Shown: positions 10,991-23,200 of the stretch, in pieces
How positions within the stretch are numbered: position 1 is the stretch's first letter
Layout of the letters: each line of letters begins with the position of its first letter
Assembly (NCBI RefSeq): GCF_001194135.2
Contig: NC_068994.1
Coordinates: 5,564,555-5,628,554, forward strand
Reading direction: 5' to 3'
From: Octopus bimaculoides
Lineage: Eukaryota
Length of the DNA stretch: 64,000 nt
Position numbers and translations under genes: made by a program
Notes under the pieces: model-generated
What the model was told of the DNA's origin: nothing
The model's database searches: none
What the model saw: only the letters and a program-made list of their open reading frames with translations

Positions 10991-11196
10991 CAGCTCTTAA
11001 ATATAGAACTATACACTGCTCTATTTGGTAGGTGTCATTTTATTTGAATCAGTGTTTATATGATATTATTACAATGAAACTGGATTATTTAATTTCCTTG
11101 AACACTTTCCGACATTTCGCACAAGGAAATATTCTGGTTACATTTATGAAATACATATTTGTATGAAATATATACATACAAGCATATACATGTATG

Positions 11197-11261
<65 letters not shown>

Positions 11262-11954
11262 CATCAAAAGAGAATACTTGCAGGAAGTAATAAAGTATGA
11301 ATTTCATACACAGAATATCATGGAAGATTTATAGTTCCGATAAGAAACTTGATCAAGAAAATAAAGGAATTGATCAAGATACCACCAAAGAAGCAATTAT
11401 AATTTAAAAAAAAACATTTTAAAAGCAAGAAGATACCCACCACCTAATAAACACCTTGACGCATTTGAAGACGAGTTATGGCCACAGTCAAATGACTGAC
11501 ACGAGTAAAGAGTATACCAATTTTCAATATTGAGTACATTAATGTATTTAAAGTATGTTAATGTTAATGTGCAACAGCTTCAGTAGAGGTTGGACGATTG
11601 TAAAGAAATCCACAAACGTCTTACTTTGGGAGGTTAACAGAGCAGTGATTAGCATAAATGGGTCATCGTTTATAGAACGACCGATAAAAGTTGGGAACGA
11701 ATACGATCATCGGCCGATAATTAAGTGAAATATTCGTTGTTTGGTTTACGTTCTTTAATGTGTTGGTAGCATGTTTTAAAGGTATGAAAAGAGCCTAATT
11801 AAATGAATTTGGTGTGCAGAAGATATTTCACTCTTACAAAAAATACTTCGTTATAGTAAGACAAAACTTACGAATTAAGACTAAACCTGTATTTACTTTT
11901 CCTTGTCTGGTCTCCAGCTTTATATTTTTCTTCCTGTTTTTCTTTTGTATATAG

Positions 11955-12077
11955 GGTCCTTTTAGTGAAAAAGAATTGTTTGTTACAAAATCTCCAAACG
12001 AAAACGATGCTCTGGAGTTTTTGAGGTGTATGCGCAAAAGAGGTTACCTAAATATCGTAGCATTTGATTCAAGCGAG
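11955..12077 (+). CDS. Receptor-type PTP, D2 exon (GPFSEKELFVTKSPNENDALEFLRCMRKRGYLNIVAFDSSE)
   Basis: tag acceptor after a pyrimidine tract and gtaaaa donor; degenerate FIxTQxP...DFWRM...IVML; 123 nt. Confidence 0.85.
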
Positions 12078-13037
12078 GTAAAACTACAGATATTTTGTTT
12101 TCATACTAAAGTTGTCACTAACTATGTCATTGTTTCTAATTTATTGGTATCCAAATTGTAATAATCCCAGTTATTTCTTTCAAGAGATGCTGTACATTTT
12201 GAAAGCTGAGAGATATATTGCTAATGCTAACTTAATATATAATATTAGGTGGAGATTTTCAGGTTGTTAGTCATCAGATTTTGTTGGCACCATTGTATGT
12301 GTTTCCCCATTACTCTTCCTGAACAGAAGCATCGGAGAATTCTTCAGGACNNNNNNNNNNNNNNNNNNNNNNNNNNNNNNNNNNNNNNNNNNNNNNNNNN
12401 NNNNNNNNNNNNNNNNNNNNNNNNNNNNNNNNNNNNNNNNNNNNNNNNNNNNNNNNNNNNNNNNNNNNNNNNNNNNNNNNNNNNNNNNNNNNNNNNNNNN
12501 NNNNNNNNNNNNNNNNNNNNNNNNNNNNNNNNNNNNNNNNNNNNNNNNNNNNNNNNNNNNNNNNNNNNNNNNNNNNNNNNNNNNNNNNNNNNNNNNNNNN
12601 NNNNNNNNNNNNNNNNNNNNNNNNNNNNNNNNNNNNNNNNNNNNNNNNNNNNNNNNNNNNNNNNNNNNNNNNNNNNNNNNNNNNNNNNNNNNNNNNNNNN
12701 NNNNNNNNNNNNNNNNNNNNNNNNNNNNNNNNNNNNNNNNNNNNNNNNNNNNNNNNNNNNNNNNNNNNNNNNNNNNNNNNNNNNNNNNNNNNNNNNNNNN
12801 NNNNNNNNNNNNNNNNNNNNNNNNNNNNNNNNNNNNNNNNNNNNNNNNNNNNNNNNNNNNNNNNNNNNNNNNNNNNNNNNNNNNNNNNNNNNNNNNNNNN
12901 NNNNNNNNNNNNNNNNNNNNNNNNNNNNNNNNNNNNNNNNNNNNNNNNNNNNNNNNNNNNNNNNNNNNNNNNNNNNNNNNNNNNNNNNNNNNNNNNNNNN
13001 NTAATATTTCTGTCTTTTTTTTCGTTTTTCTACATAG

Positions 13038-13169
13038 GAAACACCTACTTACTTGCCTAGGACATTAAATGAAACTGTTAAAATTGGGCCATATCTCCTG
13101 GAACTAATAAATGTTGAAGGAAAAGATGTTTGTATACATAGAGTTTTGAAGGTTGAGTTTGATAACAAT
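13038..13169 (+). CDS. Receptor-type PTP, D2 exon (ETPTYLPRTLNETVKIGPYLLELINVEGKDVCIHRVLKVEFDNN)
   Basis: catag acceptor and gtaagc donor; YLP...GPY corresponds to YWP...YG; 132 nt in frame. Confidence 0.88.
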
Positions 13170-13549
13170 GTAAGCTAATTTCATGTTTAAAATTTTGAAA
13201 ATGATATTACAGCTTAATGAAAGCAATACCTCATATTCCTGCATTGTAATATATTATTATATTTTGTTGGTTCATAATAACAACATAATTAAGGACTCTT
13301 GTTTCAGTAAGATGACAAAATCTTCCCGTACGTGACCGTTTACTCTGACTTGTGAATGCAGCTATCCAGCCCCTGAGAAAGGATCCGAAACCGGATGCTT
13401 TAAGAATAGACACCATTTACAGGTGGTCAACCCTATGGAAAACTTTCAATTGACCTTAGCTGATTTGTGCCATGTTCATTGACAGCTCTCTCACTCTATG
13501 ATGTATCAGATGAGGTTGAGGTCGTCGTGGATCGCTCTGCTTGGGGTGA

Positions 13550-14075
13550 CATGTACGCCGCTAGCCCAGAAGGAATATAAGAGACGCCACGACAATGTAG
13601 CCAGGCTTGTCCATTGGACACTTTGCAACAAGTATGGACTTGACAGAGCAAAAAATTGTCTTAACTGAGAAGAAGTCTTAATTGAGAAAGAAAAGAAACT
13701 ATGCTGGATCATAGACATAGCATACCCAGCTGACCACAAGGTATGCGATAAGGAAGAAAGAAAAGTCGAGAGATATGACAGATTAGCTTGGGAAGTTAAG
13801 CAGTTGTGGTCGCTGAAAAAGGTAGCAGTAGTACCAATAATTGTCNNNNNNNNNNATATGACAGATTAGCTTGGGAAGTTAAGCAGTTGTGGTCGCTGAA
13901 AAAGGTAGCAGTAGTACCAATAATTGTCGGAGCCCTGGTAACAGTGAGCAAAAATCTCGAGAAGTATGTGGAACAAATATGGGCTGCAATAAGGGTGGAG
14001 CAGTTGCAGAAAACAGCACTGCTTGGAACTGCTCGAAAACTCCGGAAGGTACTAGAAAAATTAGAGGTGTTACCT
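13550..14075 (+). mobile_element. RLE-type (R4/Dong-like) non-LTR retrotransposon, C-terminal fossil
   Basis: CTPLAQKEYKRRHDNVARLVHW...[deletion]...VLIEKEKKLCWIIDIAYPAD...VPIIVGAL...LQKTALLGTARKLRKVLE. Confidence 0.85.
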
Positions 14076-14170
14076 CAGTTTACTGGTAGTGAATAGCTGA
14101 CACTGAAAACCCAAAGAGTTTCTTTCAATTTTTATTCCCATTTTATTCACAATATTTTTTCATATTGCAG

Positions 14171-14322
14171 TCGAGGATCGAAGAATTTGAGATCAATCAT
14201 TTCCAGGTTACCATATGGGCGGACGGAAATTATCCATCATGCGCAGAGATTTTACAACTAAGTGATATTCTCAGCGCTCATCAAAATGAGCAGTTCAATA
14301 AAAAAATTGCTGTGTATTGTAG
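14171..14322 (+). CDS. Receptor-type PTP, D2 exon (SRIEEFEINHFQVTIWADGNYPS...KIAVYC)
   Basis: ttgcag acceptor and gtaagc donor; HFQ-x-x-x-W and VYC motifs; ends in phase 2 like its D1 counterpart. Confidence 0.9.
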
Positions 14323-14991
14323 GTAAGCGAAAATATTGATAAATTCACAAATTCACCCTACGATAGTCACTGACATTCAAGAATATTCATAGTTTCATTT
14401 CGATAGCTGGAATATAGAATAGTGTTAAACAAAGAAAATAACACTGAATTGACTGTAATATTTGTTATTACAAAGGTATATCTGTCAACTTCGTGATGTG
14501 AGAACCTCGCGATGGCTTCGCTGTCGTGACAACAAGTAAAACTAGGATTAACAGAAAAGGAGAGATTTGTAGATGCAAAAATTATGAGTGACATATATAA
14601 AAATGGTAGATCACGAAGTATTCAAGTTGAAATCTATATAAAGTATACAACACAACAAATACACAAAGTATACAAGGTGACAGATATACACATTATGCAA
14701 AATGGCAGATATAGAAATATACATGTCAAGTAGTAGACATAAAATAAAGTGATATATAGAAAGGTGACGGATATACCTAAGTATACGAACATCGTCTACT
14801 TCGTTATTTATCAGTTTGTCCATATAAGTAAACAATGATTTTTAACGGAACTTCTACACACAATTGTAGAGATATATCTTGTCTCTGTACATAACTGGAA
14901 ATTTTGTCAGAATCATAATTTTACAATGTTAGAATCTATTATTCACATGTTTTTTAACGGTATACTTTTCTCATCCTTCTTTCATGTAAAG

Positions 14992-15127
14992 TAAAAATTT
15001 CCATAAAAGTGGTTTGCTGTGCATCATTCACATTTTAAAAGATGCAATAACCAGTCAATCAGTAATCAACATAGTTCGATTGGTTCGACTGATCAAGAAA
15101 ATAGAACCAAATATAATACCTGACTGT
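14992..15127 (+). CDS. Receptor-type PTP, D2 degenerate P-loop exon (SKNFHKSGLLCIIHILKDAITSQSVINIVRLVRLIKKIEPNIIPDC)
   Basis: Exactly 136 nt with the same phases as the D1 P-loop exon; pyrimidine tract then AAG acceptor; gtaagt donor. Confidence 0.85.
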
Positions 15128-15974
15128 GTAAGTATAGCAACATTTTTTCTCACTTTGTTTTATGTGCTTCAACCAAGTCTTTGCAAAATATCAGAGAGAA
15201 AAATCTGTCGTTAAAATTTTTATTTGAACACTTTTCTGAAAACTTTTTCAAGTTTGGAGATCATTTATACATTAATGACTATTGGAATAAGTTCTTTCAT
15301 TATCTTACACTGAAATATACAGACAGTGAGTCGTACATATGTGGATGAATTTGATTAGCAGACTATATAGTATTGAAAGAACTGAAACATTTCCCTTGCT
15401 ACCCTAGACATTTTTACACGTATTATTTTGACATTGTAAATCTGGAGATCTTGCGAGTTTAAATTTCATTGTTAATGATAGGTAAATATTTCTCTCAATT
15501 TAGATAAACATATTCAACAGTACAGCAGAAGGCGACCACATCAATGAACTTTATACTTACTAATTAATAAGTAACCAGTGGTTGATCACTGAGTTAGGAA
15601 ATTTTATATGTTACTGTACAAAATCTGTAAATCACCATTATTTTAATCTCGATATTATGAGTGGAAATGAGTAGGACTTTTTAACCATTTATATCCGGGA
15701 TCACTAAAATACAGTTCACAATCACTTTGTTTAGGACAATATTATCTAATTAGACACACATCTCTAACATGCTCCATATTTTAGAAGATAATATATCTTC
15801 ATATAAGAAATATATCTGTGTAAATTAGTGCCAAGTGACTATTTCGAAAGTGGTTTTTATTAGACGTGGAAGGAATTTATAATGCAAAGTAAAGGATACA
15901 GTAAAATGAAATAATTGTGTATTAAGTAATTTTAATTGATTTGATTGTGTAACTCATATTTATTTCTTTGACAG

Positions 15975-16052
15975 GAATCCTACGCCTTTATTTGGGAAGT
16001 TGCTGCATATTTACAGAACGAATCGTCTCTATACGCCAATTTTGTACAGTGA
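15975..16052 (+). CDS. Receptor-type PTP, terminal coding exon (ESYAFIWEVAAYLQNESSLYANFVQ*)
   Basis: ctttgacag acceptor; xYxFIW helix; TGA at 16050-16052; C-terminal YANF. Confidence 0.92.
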   Translation, partial: ESYAFIWEVAAYLQNESSLYANFVQ

Positions 16053-16403
16053 TGCGTAGGAGTGAATTTTTTTGGAGACCCCCCCCCCCCATTATTCAAA
16101 ACAATTACTTCTTTGTTGGATAAAGAAAACAAAAGCCTCGCGAGAATTTTTATAGTATCTACCAAAGGAAATGGAAAACCATTTCAAGAAGATAAGAATT
16201 CGTCTCTCAAAATTAATTTACATGCTACGGGGAAGGCTTCATCTTTGTTTACACATATAAGCCAACTATGAGCATAATTCGGTAATAATACCTTATGCTA
16301 ATTACAGTAGCCAAAAGTAATTCGGAACACTTTTTTTTTCATGAAATGTCAATGTAAATTCATCAGGAAGCCTCAGAAAGAATGCGCTGAATTTATGGTT
16401 TTC

Positions 16404-16441
16404 AATAAACGAAAATATGTCTCTCCTTGCCTACAAATAAA
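16404..16441 (+). promoter_or_regulatory. Candidate polyadenylation signals of the PTP gene
   Basis: AATAAA at 16404-16409 and 16436-16441, about 350-390 nt after the stop. Weak evidence in AT-rich DNA. Confidence 0.3.
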
Positions 16442-19034
16442 TGGTTGAGGTTTTTCTCTCTTATACAAGTCAATTAACTTTGAAATATAAATATTGATAT
16501 CTTGGAATTATTACAACTTTTCTTTGAGACTTGGCCACAATTGGCGATAAATTCTCTTTTGTTGTCTCCAACTGAGAAGATTATCAACTAATTTTTATTT
16601 TTCTGTTGTGTGTATACAGCATTCAGTATATCACCGGTTAACATAGTTATCCAAATCTATGTCATTTAATCTTTTGAGTCATTGCCCTTATTCACATTTT
16701 TCTTAATTATATATCTTACAATATTTTATCTGCTGATTTATTACAATCAGTTTCCTTTGCCCCTTTCTCCATTTTCAATATTTTGTTCTTTCACTTTTTT
16801 TATCCTTTCTTATATTTAATCAACACACTTGATAACCTACATTTTAATATGATATAACGTTTGACATTCCTACAATTACAAGAGGTAACCTTCAGCTAAT
16901 TCGAAACAGCGATCAAAGTTTTAATAGAAAACNNNNNNNNNNNNNNNNNNNNNNNNNNNNNNNNNNNNNNNNNNNNNNNNNNNNNNNNNNNNNNNNNNNN
17001 NNNNNNNNNNNNNNNNNNNNNNNNNNNNNNNNNNNNNNNNNNNNNNNNNNNNNNNNNNNNNNNNNNNNNNNNNNNNNNNNNNNNNNNNNNNNNNNNNNNN
17101 NNNNNNNNNNNNNNNNNNNNNNNNNNNNNNNNNNNNNNNNNNNNNNNNNNNNNNNNNNNNNNNNNNNNNNNNNNNNNNNNNNNNNNNNNNNNNNNNNNNN
17201 NNNNNNNNNNNNNNNNNNNNNNNNNNNNNNNNNNNNNNNNNNNNNNNNNNNNNNNNNNNNNNNNNNNNNNNNNNNNNNNNNNNNNNNNNNNNNNNNNNNN
17301 NNNNNNNNNNNNNNNNNNNNNNNNNNNNNNNNNNNNNNNNNNNNNNNNNNNNNNNNNNNNNNNNNNNNNNNNNNNNNNNNNNNNNNNNNNNNNNNNNNNN
17401 NNNNNNNNNNNNNNNNNNNNNNNNNNNNNNNNNNNNNNNNNNNNNNNNNNNNNNNNNNNNNNNNNNNNNNNNNNNNNNNNNNNNNNNNNNNNNNNNNNNN
17501 NNNNNNNNNNNNNNNNNNNNNNNNNNNNNNNNNNNNNNNNNNNNNNNNNNNNNNNNNNNNNNNNNNNNNNNNNNNNNNNNNNNNNNNNNNNNNNNNNNNN
17601 NNNNNNNNNNNNNNNNNNNNNNNNNNNNNNNNNNNNNNNNNNNNNNNNNNNNNNNNNNNNNNNNNNNNNNNNNNNNNNNNNNNNNNNNNNNNNNNNNNNN
17701 NNNNNNNNNNNNNNNNNNNNNNNNNNNNNNNNNNNNNNATACACCAAAATTATCTCGAAATAATACATGGGCTAAAACAGGGATTACTCGAGAAAGCAGA
17801 TGGTAAAAAACTGATTTTTGTAATGAAATGGTAAGCTCTACACTTCTCTCTGTTTCACTCTTTATTTTCTTCTCTTTCGCATACACAACAACTCCATACC
17901 ACCCCCATAAACGCGTGCGCACATTTTACCATTCATCTCTCTCACACAACATTGCATATTTTGAGTATTTTATTTTCAAATATTTTGTACAAAGCTAACA
18001 ATTTAGGTGGGTAGGGTGATCGATTACATCGATTCCAGTGCTCACTACTATTTATTTTATCAAATCCGAAACGTTGAAGTGCATAGCCGCCCTCGGCTGA
18101 ATTTGAACTCAGAATGTAGCGATTGGGAAATAATCCCGCTATGCATTTTGTCACTGCTCTAAAAAGCTACTCACTCGACGCTCCATTCACCACACTATTT
18201 CTAAGCAGGTTTGATACCTTGTGCGTCCTTAAGCTCAGTCCTAGTACCATGCACACGATGAATGTTTGTGTTTCTATGTAGTCACATTCCGGTTCACTAA
18301 CTGTGCAGAACAGCGAAGATATGATGGACTAAAAGAAGATTAGGCTGCGCCCATTAAACAACTGGTACTCTTTTTCAGTTATGTAAATTGCAGCAATGTA
18401 AAACGAAGCATCTTGCTGAATAACACAACATGTTTTCCAGTACATGCATCCAATATACTACATTATGCTCGTGAGCTGACGGCTCTAGCCACTAGCCCCG
18501 CTAAGAATGCCTTCTGCATAGTTTCTCCTCTACCAGACTCCACAGGCACTTGTCGGACTTTGACTCGAGTATAAGACAATTGTCTAAGTTGCGTGCAGTA
18601 GGATCGAGCCACACAATCATGAGTACCGCTTATTTGATTGATCCTGGAATCATTTAAAGTTGCCCTTGGCGTAATCTGAACTCAGGATGCCCTAACGCTT
18701 TGATTGTTCGGCTCACCGTCCTACTGCTAAATACCGTAAGCTCTTTTTATTAGCAACCGAAGGCTACAAAGGAAAGGGCAATGGCAATAGAAAGTTATAA
18801 AAAAAAAATTGAGGTCTCATATAGAATCGATTAGGGGAAGAAAGCAGCCAGCAAAATTATATTAGCTCACGTTTAATAATTGAGATGTGTTGAAGGGAGG
18901 CTATTTTCGATCACAATACATCACTGTATTGTCAAGTATTTTATCAACCTCCGAAGTATGGAAAGTAAAATTTATGGAAAGCCATGCAGCGTATCTAGCG
19001 CGACAAAGCCTGGCGGAGCGAATCCCTCTCCTGG

Positions 19035-19146
19035 CTAAACCCATTTCTACAGCTGAGTGGACTGGAGCAACATGAAGTGAAGTGTTTTTGCTCAAGGACA
19101 CAATGCATCGCCCGGTCCAGGAATCGAAACAGCAATCTTAATCATT
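19035..19146 (-). mobile_element. SINE family E (CORE-like central block); second copy at 32398-32508 (+)
   Basis: gtttcgattcctgga...ttgagc-aaacacttca-ttca-ttg-tccagtccactcagc is shared by both copies. The CORE assignment is from memory of the tccacccagctgtaaatggg motif. Confidence 0.65.
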
Positions 19147-19455
19147 ACGTAATGGGGCGAAAATATACTGGGAAGTATTTTGTCCATTACTCACCCCAAT
19201 CTGTTAATCTTTTTCCCCCACCTTTTGGCACAAACCCAGGCGATACTACTGATCCGAGTATTTCACTGGTACTTTATTTATTTTTTTCAAATCCGAAACA
19301 ATGAAAGATTAAGTTGAGCTCGATTGGAATCGAACTCAGGCTGTAAAGAGCCAGAAAAATATCCACTAAACATTTTGCCAATGCGCCAACGATTTTACTC
19401 GCTCAACGCCGTATATAAGTGTTGCAAATTTAGGCAGTGGGTATTAATTTAATAC

Positions 19456-19810
19456 GTGGAGGCGCAATGGCCCAGTGGTTAGGGCAGCGGACTCGCAGTC
19501 ATAGGATCGCGGTTTCGATTCCCAGACCGGGCGTTGTGAGTGTTTATTGAGCGAAAACATCCAAAGTTCCACGAGGCTCCATAACTGTCTCTCGCTCTTA
19601 CTTCCTGTTTCTGTTGTGCCTGTAATTCAAAGGGTCAGCCTTGTCACACTGTGTCACGCTGAATATTCCCGAGAACTACGTTAAGGGTACACGTGTCTGT
19701 GGAGTGCTCAGTCACTTGCACGTTAATTTCACGAGCAGGCTGTTCTGTTGATCGGATCAACTGGAACCCTTGACGTCGTAAGCGACGGAGTGCCAACAAA
19801 CAACAACAAC
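19456..19810 (+). mobile_element. SINE family C (tRNA head, (CAA)n tail)
   Basis: GGCGCAATGGCCCAGTGGTTAGGGC...GGTTTCGATTCCC head. The 3' part is repeated at 42228-42367 (+) and 55918-56081 (-). Confidence 0.85.
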
Positions 19811-20014
19811 ATTAATCTAGTACACTTACCCCAGTACTGGACTGATACTTTAATTTTTCCACTCCGGCGGGAGGAAAGAGTAAATTGACCGCTGTCGAAT
19901 TTGAACTCAGAACGTATGGAGTCGGAAGAAATACTACTTTCTAAATTTTGCCAGCGCGCCACTGTGATAATAATAATAATAATAATTGTTTATAATATAG
20001 GTACAAGGCATTAA

Positions 20015-20221
20015 GGCAGCGAGCTGGCAGAATAGTTAGCACTCCGGGGCGAAATGTTTAGCGGTATTTCGTCTGTCTTTACGCTCTGAGTTCAAATTCT
20101 GCCGAAGTCGATTTTGCCTTTCATCCTTTCGGGGTCCGTAAATTAAGTGCCAGTTGCGTACTGGGGTCGATCTAATCGACTGGCCCCCCTTCCCCAAAAT
20201 TTCGGGCCTTGAGTAGAAAAG
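20015..20221 (+). mobile_element. SINE family B, full-length, representative of about 20 copies in the window
   Basis: A-box TGGCAGAATAG and B-box GAGTTCAAAT; central gccttcatcctttcggggtc-ataaattaagt-ccag block. Other copies lie near 3690, 18010, 19250, 19830, 23226, 33822, 34855, 35650, 41587, 49340, 56138, 58593, 59880 and 60380. Confidence 0.92.
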
Positions 20222-23200
20222 TTATTTTATCGATCTTGGAAGGACGAAAAGTAAAATTGACGTACACATTCGCTCGCGTATTAACACACACACATATCTG
20301 TAAATATATACACAAACACAAAAGAAAACATTGAATAAAAACTCAAATACAGGAAATACAGAGAAATATTTATTCTTTCAAGTTGACAGTAACTTCGAAG
20401 GTTAATTAATTCTTCTCAAATAACAATGACAAAGTGAAGAAATGAAAGCTTGCCGTTTATTTATGTACAGATCAGTGTTGTTTAAGCTGTAAGAATGTGA
20501 TATAATGAGTGACAGGGAATTGTGATGACAAAGTAATGAAGTCCCAATACAAGTGAGGTTGCCTCTAATATGAGAAATAGGAGATATGGTGATACATGGT
20601 TTAGACGGTAGGGAGAATTGAGTATGCTCGGGAATGCTTAATGTTTATGCGTTTAATGTCTTCCTAACAATTTATGAAGACATTATACAGATCGTCTTGA
20701 ACTGAAAACGGCTTTAGTTTGAAATATAGAATATCAGATAAAACAGAAAATATTTGAAATTATGTAAGATTCAGGTGGTTTACAGATTAATATTTCAAAC
20801 AAAATATTAATCTTACGTTTAAAATCTTAACATCACAAGGTGTAATTAAGGTAAAGATTATTTTTCAAAGGATTTCCACAATACCTTTCTCTCATAAAAC
20901 ATTGGATTTTGATAAGTTAACAGTATAATAATTTATGTGGCTATCAGGTTTATTATAGTTATTTTCAGAGACATCAATATAAATAGCCACATGATCTCCT
21001 ATTTATAGCTAACCGACTGGAAACAGCTAGACCAGGGTTCACAAATTATTTTTTCACAAAATATATTTGCGTGCTTCATATTAAAAGGAAAAAAATCAGA
21101 ATGGGTACGGTTTAGACTTGGCCAAAATCACGAATAAATAATGAGACACTAAAGAATTATGAGAAATAAGTTCACGGTAAAATAACGGGTAAATTAAGGT
21201 ACATATTCAAACTAATTACTAGACACAAAAGATATATTATTATTTGTTGTTTTTGTTAATTTTACTGTAAGTAATTTGAGAAATGTTGTTTGAAATAAAC
21301 AATTTGCATGTTGAATGTGAATCTAGTGGTGTTCCACCTAGTGGCAGAACTACTACAGTGGCACATAATTGCAAGGTATTGGTTTTGAGGAATTGCTAAT
21401 TTATTCCAAGTAGGGAACATTGTCTGTATGTCTGTATGTGTGTGTGTGTGTGTGTGTATATATCTACATTTATATTTCTCTTTATGTGAATGTGTGCAAA
21501 TGTTTATATAAACATAAATGCAAGCATGTGTATATATAAACATATATGTATGCATGTATATATATAAACATATATGTATGCATGTATATATATATATACA
21601 TATATATATANNNNNNNNNNNNNNNNNNNNNNNNNNNNNNNNNNNNNNNNNNNNNNNNNNNNNNNNNNNNNNNNNNNNNNNNNNNNNNNNNNNNNNNNNN
21701 NNNNNNNNNNNNNNNNNNNNNNNNNNNNNNNNNNNNNNNNNNNNNNNNNNNNNNNNNNNNNNNNNNNNNNNNNNNNNNNNNNNNNNNNNNNNNNNNNNNN
21801 NNNNNNNNNNNNNNNNNNNATATATCAACATATGTATTCATGCAGAATATATACATACACATAAATATATACGTGTGTGTATACCTATATAAACATATAT
21901 GTATGTGTGTGTATGTCTGTGTCTGTGTGTTATATAACAAATAAAGGAATGGCGATATCGTTATCACATTCACTGCTCAGTTATTTTGTTACGATCGTTT
22001 CAGTAATAAGTGTTACAGTTAGACCATTTAACGCCCTCGAACATATTAACAATGATTATGGATTATTATGTGCTATTAAAAGAGAACTCGAAGCTGTCAT
22101 TTCATCATGTCATTCAAACAGTGTAATACGATTGTAGATGGATAAGCATAGTAATAATTACAATTAGTGAAAGGACTTAGAATGTCTTAGAGAGAAAGTA
22201 ACTCGTTTGACATACTAGAAAGATGTGTGCAGTAAAGATATTAAATACACAAAAAGCTAATATACAAATAGATACTATCGATTGTGTCACCAAATCCACA
22301 AACACAAAAGAGCAAAGGATGGATAATGTACTGTGCATTCTAGATAGAAGAGAGGTTATCCAAATATGAGTAGCAGCAAACAGAGATTTCCAAAGGGAAA
22401 TTTATGAGGTCAGTGGGGTGAGTCACGATGAACACGATAGAAGTAAATAGGAGAGAGAGAGTAAGAGAGAGGGAGAGAAAAGAAAGAAGAACAGAAGGAG
22501 AAGTAAATATTCTCGTAACTATAGCATTAGTAGCAATACAACCAATAATTCTTCACTAACTAGTAAACCTGATAGTATGTGTAACTTTAGGGATCGATAT
22601 AGTTGCCCTTTTAGTAACCACAGTTTACATATAAATTTAGTATAGAAATGTTCCCACAATACACCCGATGAAACATACTGCTATATAAGTGCTTCAGCGT
22701 CAATATTCAAATCTAACTGGAGTAACCATTTACATTCTTACAATAATAAGTGCAAGTTACATAATACGTAAATAGCGAAATTTACTCCACATCTTAAATA
22801 TAGAAACATTAATTCCTTTATTTCCGGCTCAGTGTAGAAAGGGTGGTATCAGTTGCAATTTGTGTTGAATGGAGGCACTTGAAATCCTAATATGTAAGTT
22901 TGGACTCGTGAATAAATCTAATGACTTATTAATCCGCAATTAAATATTTCATTTAGCTAGCTTACATAAAATTATTTCTATCTATTGCACTTGAATTTTC
23001 ATTGTTACTATGATTTTTCTGTGAAATATTTCCATACTTATATTCTAGCAACCATTTTTAATCATTTGTAAAGGCATTAAGTATTTCGAGAATATTAATC
23101 AACCGATTATTATCTCATTCTTATGTGTCTTAATGATTCCCACTTCAGTGTTTTATAATCATTTATTGATTCTGTATATTATAATAATTATATTGTTTTA

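Noticed and set aside
13373-13398. CTGAGAA-AGGATCC-GAAACCGGA hammerhead-like string
   Set aside because: The core G8 and the U of the cleavage triplet are both altered and stem I is unconvincing. At most an unverifiable remnant.
13773-13928. 73-bp perfect tandem duplication around a 10-N gap
   Set aside because: Identical copies directly flank a minimal gap, which is typical of unmerged overlapping contig ends. The same applies to the CT tract around 52188-52197.
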